From Macrostomum lignano (Eukaryota), in assembly GCA_002269645.1 (NCBI GenBank), contig NIVC01000350.1:1-64000 (forward strand): DNA of 64,000 nucleotides, written 5' to 3'. A model generated the notes under the pieces. It did no database searches. It was not told the DNA's origin and saw nothing but the letters and a program-made list of their open reading frames with translations. Made by a program: the position numbers and the translations under genes. Shown here piece after piece: positions 1 through 19,726 of this stretch (position 1 is the first letter of the stretch; every line of letters starts with the position of its first letter).

Positions 1-139
1 TTTTCTGGTAAATGTAAAATTGATTCCGTCTTTTGTTTCACTTATTGTAGCCGCGAACGGCTGAGGACTCGTTTGTGGGCTAGACTAGATGGCCGAAGCT
101 GTTTTGCGGCTATGGATAATTGAAACAAGCCATGCAGGA

Positions 140-470
140 AAAATACTCGTATGTTTCTGTATAGTCCATGGCCGGGCAAAAGTGGGAATAAATTACATGT
201 TCGTTTCTGTAGACTATGGCCGGGCCCAAGTGGGAAATAAAAACGTTTCTGTAGTCTATGGTTGGGCCCAAGTGTGGAATAAAAACGTTTCTGTAGTCTA
301 TGGTTGGGCCCAAGTGTGGAATAAAAACGTTTCTGTAGTCTATGGTTGGGCCCAAGTGTGGAATAAAAACGTTTCTGTAGTCTATGGCTGGCCCAAGTGG
401 GGAATAAATACACATCTCTGTAGTCCATGGCCCGGGCCCAAAGAAGACGCTTCTGTAGTCTCATCTATAG
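140..470. repeat. 42-bp minisatellite (AAAAACGTTTCTGTAGTCTATGGTTGGGCCCAAGTGTGGAAT)
   Basis: About 4 near-perfect units plus degenerate flanking units. Confidence 0.9.
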
Positions 471-907
471 CCCCAAAACAATACGACGTAATTGCATTGA
501 ACCATAGATATACATAGAGCGGCCAAGTGAAGGAGAAATAATGTAACCGCGATTTATCTCCAGATTACAAACTCTATTGGCAAAATTGCAATCAAGTTTG
601 GCCTTATAAGTTCGGAATTCCACGGCAACTGGCCCAGCATTCCTCGCTCCCGGCAACCCACCCCACGTTTTTCTGGCCGATAGCGAATGAGGCAGCAGCA
701 GCGGAGAGCCCAATCCAGTTTTATCCGCCAGCCGCCGCGCGCCCGCTATCTGAGCCGCACCAAGCTCTCTACACGGACAAGACCAGCTTCTTTGAAGTTT
801 CAGAAATTTGCGCCAAACTCTTAACTTTGTGTAGGCTTGGCATGAAGCGATCTCACGACTTTTTGGGGCAGACCCGGTCGCCTCCTATTGGTGAGTTAAA
901 CAGACTA

Positions 908-1850
908 ACAATCCATTCTATCCCTGTATCCATGATGTAGGTTAGATCAGCAATCCATTCTATTCCTTCATCCATGATGTAGGCTAGATTAGCAATCCAT
1001 TCTATTCCTGCATCCATGATGTAAGCTAGATTAGCAATCCATTCTATTCCTGCATCCATGATGTAGGCTAGATTAGCAATCCATTCTATTCTCATACATG
1101 ATGAAGACTAGATTAGCAATCCATTCTATTCCTGCACCCATGATGTAGGCTAGATTAGCAATGCATTCTATTCCTGCATCCATGATGTAAGCTAGATTAG
1201 CAACCCATTCTATTCCTGCATCCATGATGTAAGCTAGATTAGCAATCCATTCTATCCCTGCATCCATGATGTAGGCTAGATTAGCAATCCATTCTATTCC
1301 TGCATCCATGATGTAGGCTAGATTAGCAATCCATTCTATCCCTGCATCCATGATGTAGGCTAGATTAGCAATCCATCCTATTCCTGCATCCATGATGTAG
1401 GCTAGATTAGCAATCCATTCTATTCCTGCATCCTTGATGTAGGCTAGATTAGCAATCCATTCTATTCCTGCATCCATGATGTAGGCTAGATTAGCAATCC
1501 ATTCTATTCTGCATCCATGATGTAGGCTAGATTAGCAATCCATTATATTCCTGCATCCATGATGTAGACTAGATTAGCAATCCATTCTATTCCTGCATCC
1601 ATGATGTAGGCTAGATTAGCAATCCATTCTATTCCTTCATCCATGATGTAGGCTAGATTAGCAATCCATTCTATTCCTGCATCCATGATGTAAGCTAGAT
1701 TAGCAATCCATTCTATTCCTGCATCCATGATGTAGGCATGATTAGCAATCCATTCTATTCCTGCATCCTTGATGTAGGCTAGATTAGCAATCCATTCTGT
1801 TCCTGCATCCTTGATGTAGGCTAGATTAGCAATCCATTCTGTTCTAATCA
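908..1850 (-). repeat. 42-bp minisatellite family W (ATGGATGCAGGAATAGAATGGATTGCTAATCTAGCCTACATC), reverse orientation
   Basis: About 22 units; reverse complement of the array at 14962-16191. Confidence 0.95.
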
Positions 1851-3387
1851 GGGCCTTTTTGTCGCAGGGATGTCCAGACATTCTGATCATGCTCATCATT
1901 TCGTTGCTCCTCCTCACTCTTCGAAATTCAACTGTCAATTGCTGGGTTTGTTAGCGATCAAGTCGACCTGGGATCAAATTGAATACTAATTTTCTAAGAA
2001 TTTCGTGGTCAAGATCAGCCAGATTGCAGACCTAGCTGTAATCTCCTATCTCCCTCCGTGGTCTTTGTGGCCGCCAGTCTTTGTCCGGCGTTAACGGTCC
2101 ATCAAATCTCTGTCTGCGGCGGCCTCCCCTCCCGCCGCTTGTTTTCCGCCAAACCTGTCATCAGGCAGGACCATGGGAGAAATCGAATTTAGGGATCGAA
2201 TCATGTCTGCTCTGTGCCCCATCCCCCGACGCGCTTCAAGTGTCTGCATGCACCGGCGGCAACTTTTCTTTCCCATCTTTCTCTTCTTTTTTCCCCAGCC
2301 CCCTGGTTTCCTCTCTTTTCATCGCAGTTGCCAAGGGCGCCTCCATTCATCCTTGACGGTTGTGGCAACCCCCCTCTCCACCTCACTGATTCTTCCCAGA
2401 TCTGCCAGCTTCCCAGAAGGCCAATTATCTCCCAAAGCTTCATCGTGAGCAATCGCTTTATGTAAGATGCTTCGCAGCTACGGTGTCCCGGGTGCCGCTC
2501 CGCCCCCCGTCCCCAACACCCCCCCCTGGCGCTTGTGTTTACCCTCCGCCAGGTTCCTCTGATCCCATCCTCCGCTGCCTGCATCAGGCTGCTTCATCAT
2601 TTTGCCAGCTTCCCCCTTCACTTTCCCGCGCTTTCGGTTAGCAACTAAAATCCTGCCAGAGGCCACACTGAATGATGATTATTATTAAGATGATGGGACT
2701 TATCACTGCGCGCATCTATACACACACTTATACACACGGTACGTGACAAGTCTGACCGCCTTAGCAAGTGGGTTCGAATCGCAGAAAATCCCTGAAAATT
2801 TATTGCCCAATACTTGGCTAATTATTGCAGGGTGAAATCGAGCTGCACTAACTAATCAAAATCGTTTCTTGTCAAGATTTCTGTTTCTCCTGCAACTTGT
2901 TCAGCTTCAGAGAAATGTCTGCTTATAGTAGTTTGCTGCGTCGGTGCAGTGCGTGCTGCTTGCAGTGATCCCTGTCCATACATTGGCCGCGGTAATCCAT
3001 CACCGCGAGAGCCGCGTGGGCTTCGGGCTGCCACCTCCGCCCACCCGAGTTTTCAACACGCGCCGATCTAGTCCGAGGGAAAAAAAGAGGAAAATAGGCT
3101 CCTACGTTTATCCTTTTGATTTCCTGCCTATTTTTCTGCTTCTTTATTCGATAATCAATTTGCGTCTTGCGCGGCGCGCTTGCGCAATTATTTGCTAGAT
3201 GATCTTCGCTGTGCATCACAGATTGTTAGCGACTGCTGGTTCGGTTCTTTGCGAACTTTTTTTTTACTGATAAACTCACTGCTGTGGGCTACTTTGGACC
3301 CCTTTGTTTATCATTTTAACTGGGTTGCTTCTTAGTTCCAGCTACCGCCTCCTCTGCCGCTTCTGTCCGCAGCTTTTCCACCTGCCC

Positions 3388-6383
3388 TCCTCTCTCCTCT
3401 CCTCTCTCCTCTCATCTCCTCTCCTCTCCTCTCCTCTCCTCTCTCCTCTCCTCTCCTCTCCTCTCTCCTCTCCTCTCCTCTCTCTCCTCTCTCTCTCTCC
3501 TCTCCTCTCCTCTCCTCTCTCCTCTCCTCTCCTCTCCTCTCCTCCTCTCTCCTCTCATCTCCTCTCCTCTCCTCTCCTCTCTCCCCTCCTTTCTTCTCTT
3601 CTCTCTCCTCTCCTCTCCCCTCTCCTCTCATCTCCTCTCCTCTCCTCTCCTCTCTCCTCTCCTCTCTCTCCTCTCCTCTCCTCTCCTCTCCTCTCTCCTC
3701 TCTCCTCTCCTCTCTCCTCTCTTCTCTCCTCTCCTCTATCCTCCTCTCTCCTCTCCTCTCCTCTCCTCTCCTCTCCTCTCCTCTCCCTCTCTCCTCTCCT
3801 CTCCTCTCCTCTCTCCTCTCCTCTCCTGTCCTCTCCTCTCTCCTCTCCTCTCCTCTCCTCTCCTCTCTCCTCTCATCTCCTCTCCTCTCCTCTCTCCCCT
3901 CCTTTCTTCTCTCTCTCTCCTCTCCTCTCCCCTCTCCTCTCATCTCCTCTCCTCTCCTCTCTCCTCTCCTCTCCTCTCCTCTCCTCTCCTCTCCTCTCCT
4001 CTCTCCTCTCTCCTCTCCTCTCTCCTCTCTTCTCTCTCTCCTCTATCCTCTCTCCTCTCCTCTCCTCTCCTCTCCTCTCCTCTCTCCTCTCCTCTCCTCT
4101 CCTCTCTCCTCTCCTCTCCTGTCCTCTCCTCTCTCCTCTCCTCTCCTCCCTCCTCTCTCCTCTCTTCTCTCCTCTCCTCTCTCCTCTCCTCTCTCCTCTC
4201 CTCTCCTGTCCTCTCCTCTCTCCTCTCCTCTCCTCTCCTCTCCTCTCCTCTCTCCTCTCATCTCCTCTCCTCTCCTCTCTCCCCTCCTTTCTTCTCTTCT
4301 CTCTCCTCTCCTCTCCCTCTCCTCTCATCCTCTCTCTCCTCTCTCCTCTCCTCTCCTCTCCTCTCCTCTCCTCTCCTCTCCTCTCCTCTCCTCTCTCTCT
4401 CCTCTCTCCTCTCCTCTCTCCTCTCTTCTCTCCTCTCCTCTATCCTCTCTCCTCTCCTCTCCTCTCATCTCCTCTCCTCTCCTCTCCTCTCTCCCCTCCT
4501 TTCTTCTCTTCTCTCTCCTCTCCTCTCCCCTCTCCTCTCATCTCCTCTCCTCTCCTCTCCTCTCTCCTCTCCTCTCCTCTCCTCTCCTCTCCTCTCCTCT
4601 CCTCTCTCCTCTCTCCTCTCCTCTCTCCTCTCTTCTCTCCTCTCCTCTATCCTCTCTCCTCTCCTCTCCTCTCCTCTCCTCTCCTCTCCTCTCCTCTCCT
4701 CTCTCCTCTCCTCTCCTCTCCTCTCTCCTCTCCTCTCCTGTCCTCTCCTCTCTCCTCTCCTCTCCTCTCCTCTCCTCTCTCCTCTCATCTCCTCTCCTCT
4801 CCTCTCTCCCCTCCTTTCTTCTCTTCTCTCTCCTCTCCTCTCCCTCTCCTCTCATCTCCTCTCCTCTCCTCTCCTCTCTCCTCTCCTCTCCTCTCCTCTC
4901 CTCTCCTCTCCTCTCCTCTCTCCTCTCTCCTCTCCTCTCTCCTCTCTTCTCTCCTCTCCTCTATCCTCTCTCCTCTCCTCTCCTCTCCTCTCCTCTCCTC
5001 TCTCCTCTCCTCTCCTCTCCTCTCTCCTCTCCTCTCCTGTCCTCTCCTCTCTCCTCTCCTCTCCTCCCTCCTCTCTCCTCTCTTCTCTCCTCTCCTCTCT
5101 CCTCTCCTCTCTCCTCTCCTCTCCTGTCCTCTCCTCTCTCCTCTCCTCTCCTCTCCTCTCCTCTCCTCTCTCCTCTCATCTCCTCTCCTCTCCTCTCTCC
5201 TCTCCTCTCCTGTCCTCTCCTCTCTCCTCTCCTCTCCTCCCTCCTCTCTCCTCTCTTCTCTCCTCTCCTCTCTCCTCTCCTCTCTCCTCTCCTCTCCTGT
5301 CCTCTCCTCTCTCCTCTCCTCTCCTCTCCTCTCCTCTCTCCTCTCCTCTCCTGTCCTCTCCTCTCTCCTCTCCTCTCCTCTCCTCTCCTCTCTCCTCTCA
5401 TCTCCTCTCCTCTCCTCTCTCCCCTCCTTTCTTCTCTTCTCTCTCCTCTCCTCTCCCCTCTCCTCTCATCTCCTCTCCTCTCCTCTCCTCTCTCCTCTCC
5501 TCTCCTCTCCTCTCCTCTCCTCTCCTCTCCTCTCTCCTCTCTCCTCTCCTCTCTCCTCTCTTCTCTCCTCTCCTCTATCCTCTCTCCTCTCCTCTCCTCT
5601 CCTCTCCTCTCCTCTCTCCTCTCCTCTCCTCTCCTCTCTCCTCTCCTCTCCTGTCCTCTCCTCTCTCCTCTCCTCTCCTCCCTCCTCTCTCCTCTCTTCT
5701 CTCCTCTCCTCTCTCCTCTCCTCTCTCCTCTCCTCTCCTGTCCTCTCCTCTCTCCTCTCCTCTCCTCTCCTCTCCTCTCCTCTCTCCTCTCATCTCCTCT
5801 CCTCTCCTCTCTCCCCTCCTTTCTTCTCTTCTCTCTCCTCTCCTCTCCCCTCTCCTCTCATCTCCTCTCCTCTCCTCTCTCCTCTCCTCTCCTCTTCTCT
5901 CTCTCCTCTCCTCTCCTCTCCTCTCCTCTCCTCTCTCCTCTCTCCTCTCCTCTCTCCTCTCTTCTCTCCTCTCCTCTATCCTCTCTCCTCTCCTCTCCTC
6001 TCCTCTCCTCTCCTCTCCTCTCTCCTCTCCTCTCCTCTCCTCTCTCCTCTCCTCTCCTGTCCTCTCCTCTCTCCTCTCCTCTCCTCCCTCCTCTCTCCTC
6101 TCTTCTCTCCTCTCCTTTCTTCTCTTCTCTCTCCTCTCCTCTCCTCTCTTCTCTCCTCTCCTCTCCTCTCCTCTCCTCTCCTCTCCTCTCCTCTCCTCTC
6201 TCCTCTCCTCTCTTCTCTTCTCTCTCCTCTCCTCTCTCCTCTCTCCTCTCCTCTCTCCTCTCCTCTCTCCTCTCATCTCCTCTCTCCTCTCTCCTCTCTC
6301 CTCTCCTCTCCTCTCTCCTCTCCTCTCTCCTCTCCTCTCTCCTCTCCTCTTTCCTCTCCTCTCTCCTCTCCTCTCTCCTCTCA
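3388..6383. repeat. About 3-kb (CCTCT)n polypyrimidine/polypurine tract
   Basis: Almost only C/T on the + strand, with recurring landmark variants (CTCCCCTCCTTTCTT, TATCC, TGTCC, TCATC). Confidence 0.97.
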
Positions 6384-6547
6384 ACTCTTATCCTTCTTCT
6401 TTAATCATTTGTCTCATCTTTCCTTTTCATCTCTCCTCCTAAGTCGAATCTTCTCTCTTTTCTTTCATTCTTCCCTTCCAACTGACCCAGCAGCTGCACG
6501 CATCCACACCAGACTCGAAGTCCTTTTACTGTCTGGCAATATGCGAC

Positions 6548-6593
6548 ATGAATTCATCATGCAATGCAGCTCTGCCGATGACAGACAGTCAGG
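6548..6593 (+). CDS. Candidate first coding exon of the T-box gene (GC-AG intron)
   Basis: ATG at 6548 reads MNSSCNAALPMTDSQ+G and ends at G|GCAAGT (phase 1), which matches the phase-1 acceptor at 7937. This is inference only. Confidence 0.3.
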
Positions 6594-7294
6594 GCAAGTA
6601 AAAACACTTTAAAACCTTTTTAAAAAAACTTCTGCTAGTACTTTTAGTTAAAAGTTAACTATTTCTGCAAAGCCCATCACGCAGGCTTTGCTACTAGAAG
6701 AAAAAATTACTAGAAATCTTGAATCTCAGCTTGCATTGGGAGCATGGCTATACTAAATATTATAATATTTTCGAAGCCCGTCTTTAAAGGAACAGATGAG
6801 GAAGGGAACCTTGCTGATTGGGGGGGGGGGCTAACAGAGTTTGGTAGGAGGAGAAAGCGGCAAACTGTGTGAAGTAGAAAACAAAAAGCTTGCGGTCTTC
6901 ACTTTGGTGGGAGGGGTTTGGTCATAAATATTCGCACCTGGGCCGCCAATCGTAAAGCTGACAGGAGCAGGCTAGGCCCGCCGGGTTATTTTCCACGCGC
7001 GGATTTCGCTTTTATTATTGAGAGACCACCAGCTTTTATGATGCTCATATCTGCTGCGCAACGGGGGGAGAAAGGAGTTTAGCAGTGTTATTATTCCGTA
7101 AAATCTTCCGCATTTCTGGCATCAATTTATGCCGATCGGGTTTTTTGATTCTTTCCTTCTTTGAAAAAGACGCGTAAACAACTTTGAAAATTTTATCTTT
7201 CACAAGGGGGGAGATCGAACTGGGATCTGGGATCTTTTTGGCGGCTTAAAAATGCAATATTCCGGGAGCGAGTTGGTAGCTTAGTCTTGACTCC

Positions 7295-7870
7295 GCCACT
7301 CTCATCCTATGCTTGCCCTACTCTCATCCTATGCTTGCCCTACTCTCATCCTATGCTTGCCCTACTCTCATCCTATGCTTGCCCTACTCTCATCCTATGC
7401 TTGCCCTACTCTCATCCTATGCTTGCCCTACTCTCATCCTATGCTTGCCCTACTCTCATCCTATGCTTGCCCTACTCTCATCCTATGCTTGCCCTACTCT
7501 CATCCTATGCTTGCCCTACTCTCATCCTATGCTTGCCCTACTCTCATCCTATGCTTGCCCTACTCTCATCCTATGCTTGCTCTACTCTCACCTTGCCTAC
7601 ACCACTCTCACCTTGCCTACTCTACTCTCACCTTGCCTACTCTACTCTCACCTTGCCTACTCTACACTCGCCTTGCCTACTCTACTCTCACCTTACCTAC
7701 TCTCACCTCTCATCCCATGCTTACCCTACTCTCACCTTGCCTACCTCACTCTCATCTTACCTACATCACTCTCATCTTACCTACCCTACTCTCACCTTAC
7801 CTACCTCACTCTCATCATACCTACCCTAGCTCGTACTCTCACCTTACCTACCTCACTCTCACTCAGCCCA
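7295..7870. repeat. 22-bp minisatellite (CTACTCTCATCCTATGCTTGCC), decaying 3'
   Basis: About 12 perfect units, then degenerate CT/A-rich units, just upstream of the exon at 7937. Confidence 0.93.
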
Positions 7871-7936
7871 CCACACTGTCAACCTACCCAGTCTAACAGT
7901 GAATAAACAGTTATTTTTCAAACAAACCAGTTTCAG

Positions 7937-14463
<6,527 letters not shown>

Positions 14464-14961
14464 AAAACAGTATTTTTCAGAACAAATCAATCCTGCAAGT
14501 CTTTATTGAAGTCCTAATCTCTTAAAATACATAATCGAACGGATTTTCTCAGAGTAATCTATTACAGTACCTATAAAAAACTTTAGCTAAAAGGAAACAT
14601 GTTCAATTTTAAGGGCCAAGTCAAGGCGTCAGTTCCCACATTATCATGATATGCCCTCTCAGTAATCAGCTAATAATAGTAGTACTAACAGCAAGATAAT
14701 AGGTAAACAACTGTAACTGTCTGGGTAAAATTGCTCCATGGCATATTGAAATGTATCTCATTTAATCTGCCATAACTTATTCAAACGCTTCCTAACCTCT
14801 GAAATCGCTCGTACCTGTAGCTTGTGTCCGCTTGTGACAGCTTCTAGTTAAGATTCTCCATTTATCATATAAACTCTGTTATGCATATAAATAAAAGATT
14901 TGTGTAAAGTGCCTCTGTACTCTAACTTTGCTATGTACTTAAGGCTTGCAAAATATTCACA

Positions 14962-16191
14962 ATGGATTGCTAATCTAGCCTACATCATGGATGCAGGAAC
15001 AGAATGGATTGCTAATCTAGCCTACATCATGGATGAAGGAATAGAATGGATTGCTAATCTAGCCTAGAAATTGGATGCAGGAACAGAATGGATTGCTAAT
15101 CTAGCCTACATCATGGATGCAGGAATAGAATGGATTGCTAATCTAGCCTAGATAATGGATGAAGGAACAGAGTGGATTGCTAATCTAGCCTACATCAAGG
15201 ATGAAGGAACAGAATGGATTGCTAATGTAGCCTACATTATTGATGAAGGAATAGAATGGATTGCTAATCTAGCCTACATCATTGATGCCGGATAGGATGG
15301 ATTGCTAATCTAGCCTACATCATGGATACAGGAATAGAATGGATTGCTAATCTAGCCTACATCATGGATAAAGGAATAGAATGGATTGCTAATCTAGCCT
15401 ACATCATGGATGCAGGAATAGAATGGATTGCTAATCTAGCCTACATCATGGATGAAGGAATAGAATGGATTGCTAATCTAGCCTACATCATGGATGAAGG
15501 AACAGAATGGATTGCTAATCTAGCCTACATCATGGATGAAGGAATAGAATGGATTGCTAATCTAGCCTACATCATGGATGCAGGAATAGAATGGATTGCT
15601 AATCTAGCCTACATCATGGATTCAGGAATAGAATGGATTGCTAATCTAGCCTACATCATGGATGCAGGAATAGAATGGATTGCTAATCTAGCCTACATCA
15701 TGGATGAAGGAATAGAATGGATTGCTAATCTAGCCTAGATAATGGATGAAGGAACAGTGTGAATTGCTAATCTAGCCTACATCATGGATGAAGGAACAGA
15801 GTGGATTGCTAATCTAGCCTACATCATGGATACAGGGATAGAATGGATTGCTAATCTAGCCTACATCATGGATGCAGGAATAGAATGGATTGCTAATCTA
15901 GCCTACATCATGGATGAAGGAATAGAATGGATTGCTAATCTAGCCTACATCATGGATGCAGGAATAGAATGGATTGCTAATCTAGCCTACATCATGGATG
16001 CAGGAATAGAATGGATTGCTAATCTAGCCTAGATAATGGATGAAGGAACAGAGTGAATTGCTAATCTAGCCTACATCATGGATGAAGGAACAGAGTGGAT
16101 TGCTAATCTAGCCTACATCATGGATACAGGGATAGAATGGATTGCTAATCTAGCCTACATCATGGATGAAGGATTAGAGTAGATTGCTAAT
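14962..16191 (+). repeat. 42-bp minisatellite family W, forward orientation
   Basis: About 29 units of the same consensus as 908-1850. Confidence 0.95.
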
Positions 16192-16418
16192 CAGGCCAAG
16201 GCATTATACATACCCGGTAACTTATTAAACAACTTAATAAGGACTCCGCATCAAGATGACTATTTAGAAGCGTCTATCACATCCAGTAACCAGTTGTTCT
16301 TATTGTTCTATGGCAATTAGCTGTTCTCACTAGAAGCTAACAATTATTTTAACAACCGCTGTAAAAGTACATGTATAGTTCTGCGCAGCAAGAAATTCAC
16401 ACAGCCAGCCAGCCAGCC

Positions 16419-17359
16419 ATGATTCGCATCAGCAACCAGCAGGAGTTCGCCTCCATAGCGCTGGGCTCGGACGCCAAGCTGTGGATCGAGCAGTCGTCAA
16501 GCGCCGCGCCGAACGGCGAGATGCGAATCCGGTTCCGCGCATTCCGCCCCGCCCCCCTGGACGTCCTGCCTACGTACGCCGCCGCTGACGGAGTCGCCTC
16601 TACCGCTTGGCCACCCGTCCCGGTGGCGGCCACCCTCTACCTGTCGCCCAATCACGAGGACGTAGAGGAGGCCAGGTGCAAACGGATACTGGTGACTCGG
16701 CGAAGCGGCAACGGAGAGTCCTGCAAGGTGCGGCCGCGGTTGTGGCTGTGCGAGAATCTTTTGGAGGAAAGGGGATGTCTGGAAGTGCAGTGGGATCTCT
16801 GGATGATAGTGGGATCTCTAAGAGGGTAATGGGGTCTCTAGAAAGGTAGTGGGATGTCTGAAAGGTAGTGGGGTTTCTAAGAGGGTAGTGGGATCTGTGG
16901 AAAAGTAGTGGAATCTCTGGAAGGGTAGTGGCTAGTGGGATCTCTTGAAGGTAGGATCTCTGGAAGGTAGTAGGATCTCTGGAAGGGCAGTGGAATCTCT
17001 AGGAAGGTAGTAGGATCTCCTTAATGGTAGTGGGATCTCTGGGATGGTAGTGGGATCTCTGCGAGGGTAGTGGGGTCTATGGAAGGGTAGTGGCATCTCT
17101 GGAATGGTATTGGAATCTATATGATAGAGGGTAGTGAATTGTAAAATGTACTCGATACATGTACATGCAACTGTAAATCACCCAATCCAATCAGGATCTG
17201 TTGGGCTTCGTGCCAGGACGCGACAGCGACACTGACGACCTGGTGCTTGTGCAGCTGGAGCAGATAGAGGAGCGGGCGCAGGCCACCGATGTACCGGTGG
17301 GTGTGGAACTTCTGGTCAGCTCGCATACCAGCTCATCCGTCACTGGCCTGGTCGACTGA
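16419..17359 (+). CDS. Two-exon hypothetical protein, 157 aa, no recognised domain
   Basis: Exon 16419-16727 (ATG to AAG|GTGCGG) and exon 17195-17359 (atcag|GAT to TGA) join in phase 0. Both are GC-rich islands in AT-rich or repeat sequence, and the intron holds a degenerate repeat of about 20 bp. Confidence 0.6.
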
Positions 17360-18519
17360 GCTTTTGAGCTCAATTTTTTACCTGTTTTGCAGAAACTCCA
17401 TTGAAGCAAACAATCGACTTTGGCGCGTAAATTCATTACCGACGTTTTTTGAAAGTTGAAATTTAGCAATACAGTAAACATATAGCGAATCATTAAAAAT
17501 CCGTGTCTTGCTACTAACAGTAGTAGCTATACCCAATGAAACGATTGTACCTATTAAAGTCTGCGACTTTGAAACGGGGCGCTTCTATGACGTCTATCTG
17601 AGGCGTGCCAGAGTCGCCAAACAATCACTGAGTTGTGTCTAAAGCGCATCTGCGTCACTGTGAATTAGAATCGTATTTCGGATTTACAACTCTATTTAGT
17701 CTACTTGAGTTAGTAGAAAGTTAAGCGCAAACACAACGACGCTTTTACGATTCTACAACTCAACGCATTACAGTAGTGTTTGAGTCGTTGAAAATTCACC
17801 AAGAGTCGCCCCAGACTCACTAGTGAGTTGCTTGCAATGAATCTTTAGCGATTCTTGTCACGGTAACGTTTTCAACGGTATGGCAGGTAGAATTAAAGAA
17901 TGAATTCAAAACAATTATATAAAACACAGATATACTATTCGCACTTAGTAAATTATTAATTAATTAGTACAAGGTCATAAATAGGTATAGTATATTTAGA
18001 TAACCACAGTATATTATTAGTTATTTAAAGTTTATATCTGCGAAGTTTTACGAAGCGAACAAACGACTGCATCAGGGAATTGCTCTAAATCGTTAAATTA
18101 ATTAAATAATTATTACATACTTACTAACTAGCTTACTACGTATATAATCATTACAATTAGCAATCATATATGTAGTACTATATATATATATAATATAACA
18201 ATATAAAAAGCGACATACAAAGTCACCCACCTCTCTCTCACTTAAACAAGTAGGCGATAGACAAGCAGTAGTATATATTGATGATAAAAACACGGTACAG
18301 TACACGCGCACTCAATAAGTAAAACGGGACCAACTCTTAAGTGGACAAAGGAGAGGGGAGAAACGGCGAACGATGGAGAACAACTGGGAGCGGCGGCTGC
18401 GGAGAGGTTCAGCGCAATTTTAAGCTAAAAAGGAACTCAATCATCATTATCACTGTCTCAGTATTGTAGGGTTCACGCCTCTACTGCGTTCACGGATATT
18501 CAATTCCAAAATTAACGGC

Positions 18520-19726
18520 CTAGCGTTTCGCGTTACCATAGGAACCGCGCGCGGGCGGCACTTTAAAGCTGGCGGCGGCCTGGTACTGCAGCTGATAGGC
18601 CAGTGGGTGCACTTTGAAGCCGTACAGGCGCGGCACGAACTGATTGGCTGGCCGCTTGGGCCGGTATTCCGGGTGGACTAAAAATAGCATATGGGGAAAC
18701 CCCGTGCCGAAATAGGCCCCGTCGGTGTGGTGGTGCCGCGAAGACTTCGGCGTGTAGACGTCCTGGCATTTGGGGCAGTACAGCTTCACCATGGCCTCGC
18801 CAGGCACGTCGGATAGGCCTGCAGGGTGAGGGCGATGGGGAAGGAGTGTTGTGACCCACCCCGTTCTTATCAAACCAGCGCCCACCCCCTTTCTTATAAA
18901 AAACGCACCCACCCCCATTCTTATCAAACCCGCACCCACTTCATTCTTATTAAACCCGCACCCACCCCATTCTTATCTTAAACCCGCACCCACCCCATTC
19001 TTATCAAACCCGCACCCACTTCATTCTTATTAAACCCGCACCCGCACCCCATTCTTATCAATTCTTACCCGCACCCACCCCATTCTTATCAAACCCGCAC
19101 TCACCCCATTCTTATCAAACCCGCATACACCCCATTCTTATCAAACCCGCACCAACCCCATTCTTATCAAACCCGCACTCACCCTATTCTTATCAAATCC
19201 GCACCCACCCCATTCTTATCAAACCCGCACCCACCCCATTCTTATCAAACCCGCATCCACTTCATTCTTATCAAACCCGCACCCACCCATTCTTATCAAA
19301 CCCGCACCCACCCCAACCTCCTCAACACACGCGGCAGAACACACAAGAGTCCAATCGCTCACCAATGGGCATCACTGGCTGATTCTCACAATAGACCCGA
19401 GGACAGTAGCTGAACTCGCCATTCTGCCATTTCTCAATCATCTGGGCGATGCCGCGGTTAGTCATGATGTAGCGAGCGTGGATGAGGCCGTACAGCATCT
19501 CGGCGGCCTGCTCAATGATGTCGGATTGGTTGGCATCGGACAGGTTGTCATCGGCTTCAAGATCGAGAATCATGTCCAGCGCCTGGTGATAGTGGGGCAC
19601 CTGTTCGTTCAGGCCGGTCAAGTTGAACTTGTCCTGAATGTAGTCTTCATCGACTTCGCAGAAGAATTCGTTGCCGCGAAGGCCGCAGAACCAGGAGATC
19701 CAAGACACTTCTTCACTGGAGCTCAT
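18520..19726 (-). CDS. CSNK2B: Casein kinase II regulatory subunit beta, 220 aa, 2 exons
   Basis: Exons 19726-19363 and 18818-18520 join in phase 1 (PI-G-LSD). Sequence has [39 protein letters not shown], the zinc-ribbon CPRVYC/CPKC and [26 protein letters not shown]. Confidence 0.98.
18855..19316. repeat. 26-bp intronic minisatellite (AAACCCGCACCCACCCCATTCTTATC)
   Basis: Fills the single CK2beta intron. Confidence 0.92.

Noticed and set aside
3304-6612. 1102-aa S/P/L ORF and antisense E/R/G ORFs
   Set aside because: Translation of the (CCTCT)n tract, which cannot contain stop codons; no coding features.
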